Of a DNA stretch of 37,780 nucleotides, positions 36,109-37,780 are shown one piece after another (position 1 is the stretch's first letter; each line of letters begins with the position of its first letter). This DNA comes from a virus. Lineage: Duplodnaviria > Caudoviricetes. The DNA is taken from positions 1 through 37,780 of the IMG/VR virus record IMGVR_UViG_3300021080_000003. One strand, given 5' to 3'. Under the pieces are notes generated by a model, which ran no database searches, had not been told where the DNA came from, and saw only the letters and a program-made list of their open reading frames with translations. The position numbers and the translations under genes are program-made.

Positions 36109-36456
36109 GTGATGGAAAAAGGACGAATCAAACAAGCGCCGCTGCCGCGACACCTGACGCCGGTAGATGTATGGGGCTCGAATATTCCGAGCCTGCTGCT
36201 TTCGCAGCCTGCCGCTTACGCTCTGAATGATGGCGAAGTAGTTGCGCTTGTCCTCATGCCGGCGTACATCCAGCGCGCCGGTGCTGTGGCGCAGGAGCGC
36301 GCCAACTATATAGCGCACGCCTGCAACGCCTACCCGAAGTTGGTTGAGGCGCTGTGCATGTGGCGAGATGAAATCGAGGCTTGTAATCTGCGCGACGGCT
36401 GGACGCCAGAAATGGATAAGTCGGACATCCTCCTGCGCGAACTCGGGGAGGAATGA
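36109..36456 (+). CDS. Hypothetical early phage protein
   Basis: RBS GGAGGGA; ANYIAHACNAYPKLVEAL motif common in phage early proteins. Confidence 0.7.
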   Translation: MMEKGRIKQAPLPRHLTPVDVWGSNIPSLLLSQPAAYALNDGEVVALVLMPAYIQRAGAVAQERANYIAHACNAYPKLVEALCMWRDEIEACNLRDGWTPEMDKSDILLRELGEE

Positions 36457-36746
36457 TGGACCGAAACCGCAAAGACCTGATCGAGCGCTTCCTCATTGTC
36501 CTGGGCGCGGTCTTGGTGCTTTGGGGATGCGACAGCGAGTTCGAGCGCATTCGCCAGCGCTCGGAAATAAATGAGCGAATCCGCTTGCAGTGCATCCCGA
36601 CAGAGAACGAGCGAATCATCGTGGCTTGGTCGACGGATAACCCGCGTAAGTTGCTGTGCTGGCGCTACCAACCGAACAAGCCTACGCCGAAGCTCGACGT
36701 TAACACTGTGGCGACCAGCGACGAGCTGGATGGGGCGGGCCGATGA
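36453..36746 (+). CDS. Putative lipoprotein / membrane protein
   Basis: Hydrophobic stretch ending in a lipobox-like LWGC; RBS GGAGG; ATGA overlap. Confidence 0.55.
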   Translation: MMDRNRKDLIERFLIVLGAVLVLWGCDSEFERIRQRSEINERIRLQCIPTENERIIVAWSTDNPRKLLCWRYQPNKPTPKLDVNTVATSDELDGAGR

Positions 36747-36756
36747 GTTTGAACCT

Positions 36757-36861
36757 GGCGAGGTGGGGCCTGGCTAGGCGCTGCGAGGCCGGGCGAGGCG
36801 CGGCAAGGCGGGGCTAGGCGAGGCCTGGCAAGGCAAGGCAAGGCGTGGCAAGGCAAGGTGC
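36757..36861 (+). ncRNA. GGY-NN pentamer array, candidate guide RNA
   Basis: 21 contiguous 5-mers (18 GGC-NN, 2 GGT-NN, 1 TGC-NN) in perfect phase. The array itself is certain; the ncRNA function is inferred. Confidence 0.7.
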
Positions 36862-36892
36862 AGTCCAACTCTGATAACGGGAGTCTGAATTC

Positions 36893-37467
36893 ATGAAAAC
36901 AGTCGAAGTTGAAATTCGCGCGGCATCACACCGTTGTTAATTCATCGCTTCAGCGCGGAAGCCGAAGTTGCGAAAAAGACTCGGCGCATCGAAGTGAAGG
37001 ATCGAGATCCGCGCACAGAAGCGCAGAAGGCCGCCTATATCGCAGAGGACGGTTCGTTCTATTTCAACGCATTCGCCATTCCGAGTTCGATGGGGAATGC
37101 GGGTTCCTCCCACAAGGCCACCGGCACGCGCAAATCTCTGCGTTTCGTCGTACCCAGTGCAGTGCGCATGGATGCCGATGCCGTGACAATCCTCAATGGT
37201 GCCGGCCCAGCGACGGATTTCGAGGTCGATGCGCGGCCCGTCACCATTCCGAGCACGAAAGGTCGCGTGATGCGCTTTCGCCCACGATTCAATCAGTGGG
37301 AGGCGCGATTTCTCGTTCACATCGACGATGAACTGCTATCCGTGGAGATGGCGCACCAGTTGCTCAATGAAGCCGGGCAGTCCATCGGAATCGGTGATTT
37401 CAGACCTGAGAAACGCGGTCCCTTCGGGCGCTTTCGCGTCACGCAGTGGACGGAGGTAGAGCCGTGA
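36893..37467 (+). CDS. Stand-alone RAMP/Cas7-like protein, frameshifted near the N-terminus (190 aa if repaired)
   Basis: Repaired N-terminus MKTVEVEIRGITPLLIH (RAMP beta-1 plus TPL), C-terminal Gly-rich loop AG..IGIGDFRPEKRGPFGRFRV, RBS GGGAG. An extra GC at about 36920-36921 breaks the frame. Confidence 0.72.
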
Positions 37468-37549
37468 CCGACACGGCTCGAGTCGCGCAGCGCGGCGCCG
37501 GCGAGCCCTGGGTGAGCCACTGCTACAACCCCACTGATAAGGGAAACAA

Positions 37550-37780
37550 ATGAAATTTGAACTTAGGACACGAGCAAGTCTAGGCGCGAAGGTTCTCTTC
37601 ACCGCCGACATTCCAAGCTATACTCCGGAGGAATTGCACGTAAAGGCGGCACTTCAAATCGCTGTTGAGGCGCGTGCCGACCTCGCGGGTGCCAAGCTCG
37701 CGGGTGCCAACCTCGCGGGTGCCAACCTCGCGGGTGCCAACCTCACGCGTGCCGACCTCACGCGTGCCGACCTCGCGGGT
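37550..37780 (+). CDS. Pentapeptide-repeat protein, 3'-truncated by the window edge
   Basis: MKFELRTR...ARADLAGAKLAGANLAGANLAGANLTRADLTRADLAG; 15-bp DNA repeats; RBS AAGGGA. Confidence 0.85.
   Translation, partial: MKFELRTRASLGAKVLFTADIPSYTPEELHVKAALQIAVEARADLAGAKLAGANLAGANLAGANLTRADLTRADLAG

Noticed and set aside
36757-36861. Array as a CRISPR or a simple microsatellite
   Set aside because: No 23-50-bp repeats with spacers, and variation is restricted to positions 4-5 of each unit rather than random decay of one unit.
36665-36868. Minus-strand ORF (PCHALPCLARPRLA...) and a 24-codon plus-strand ORF from 36743 over the pentamer array
   Set aside because: Low-complexity translations that follow from the 5-nt repeat; antisense to the operon or very short, with no protein-like features.
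37670-37780. 15-bp tandem repeats at the right edge as a non-coding array
   Set aside because: They encode A(D/N)LxG/R pentapeptide repeats in an open frame from ATG 37550.
1-37780. Integrase, att sites, reverse transcriptase/DGR, tRNA genes
   Set aside because: No supporting motifs seen in this window; they may lie outside it.

Overview
The window is most of a temperate-type, short-tailed (P22/podovirus-like) phage or prophage of GC-rich, probably proteobacterial origin. No integrase or att site is visible. On the minus strand, reading right to left, are: a single Cro-like HTH regulator, replication initiator, a partly degraded DNA-modification block, NinB, a resolvase-like nuclease, a Q-like regulator, TerS, TerL, portal, scaffold, major capsid, a six-gene glycan-synthesis cluster inside the head-tail operon, adaptor/nozzle, three ejection proteins, a tail fibre, and a lysis cassette carrying carbohydrate-active genes. 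A divergent early operon starts on the plus strand at about 36.1 kb. The most striking element is in that operon: a 105-bp array of 21 phased GGY-NN pentamers (36757-36861) directly upstream of a small stand-alone RAMP/Cas7-like gene (36893-37467) that carries a 2-bp frameshift. Together they look like a non-CRISPR RNA-guided system whose information sits in the variable dinucleotides. All product calls come from motif recognition and gene order, not from database searches.
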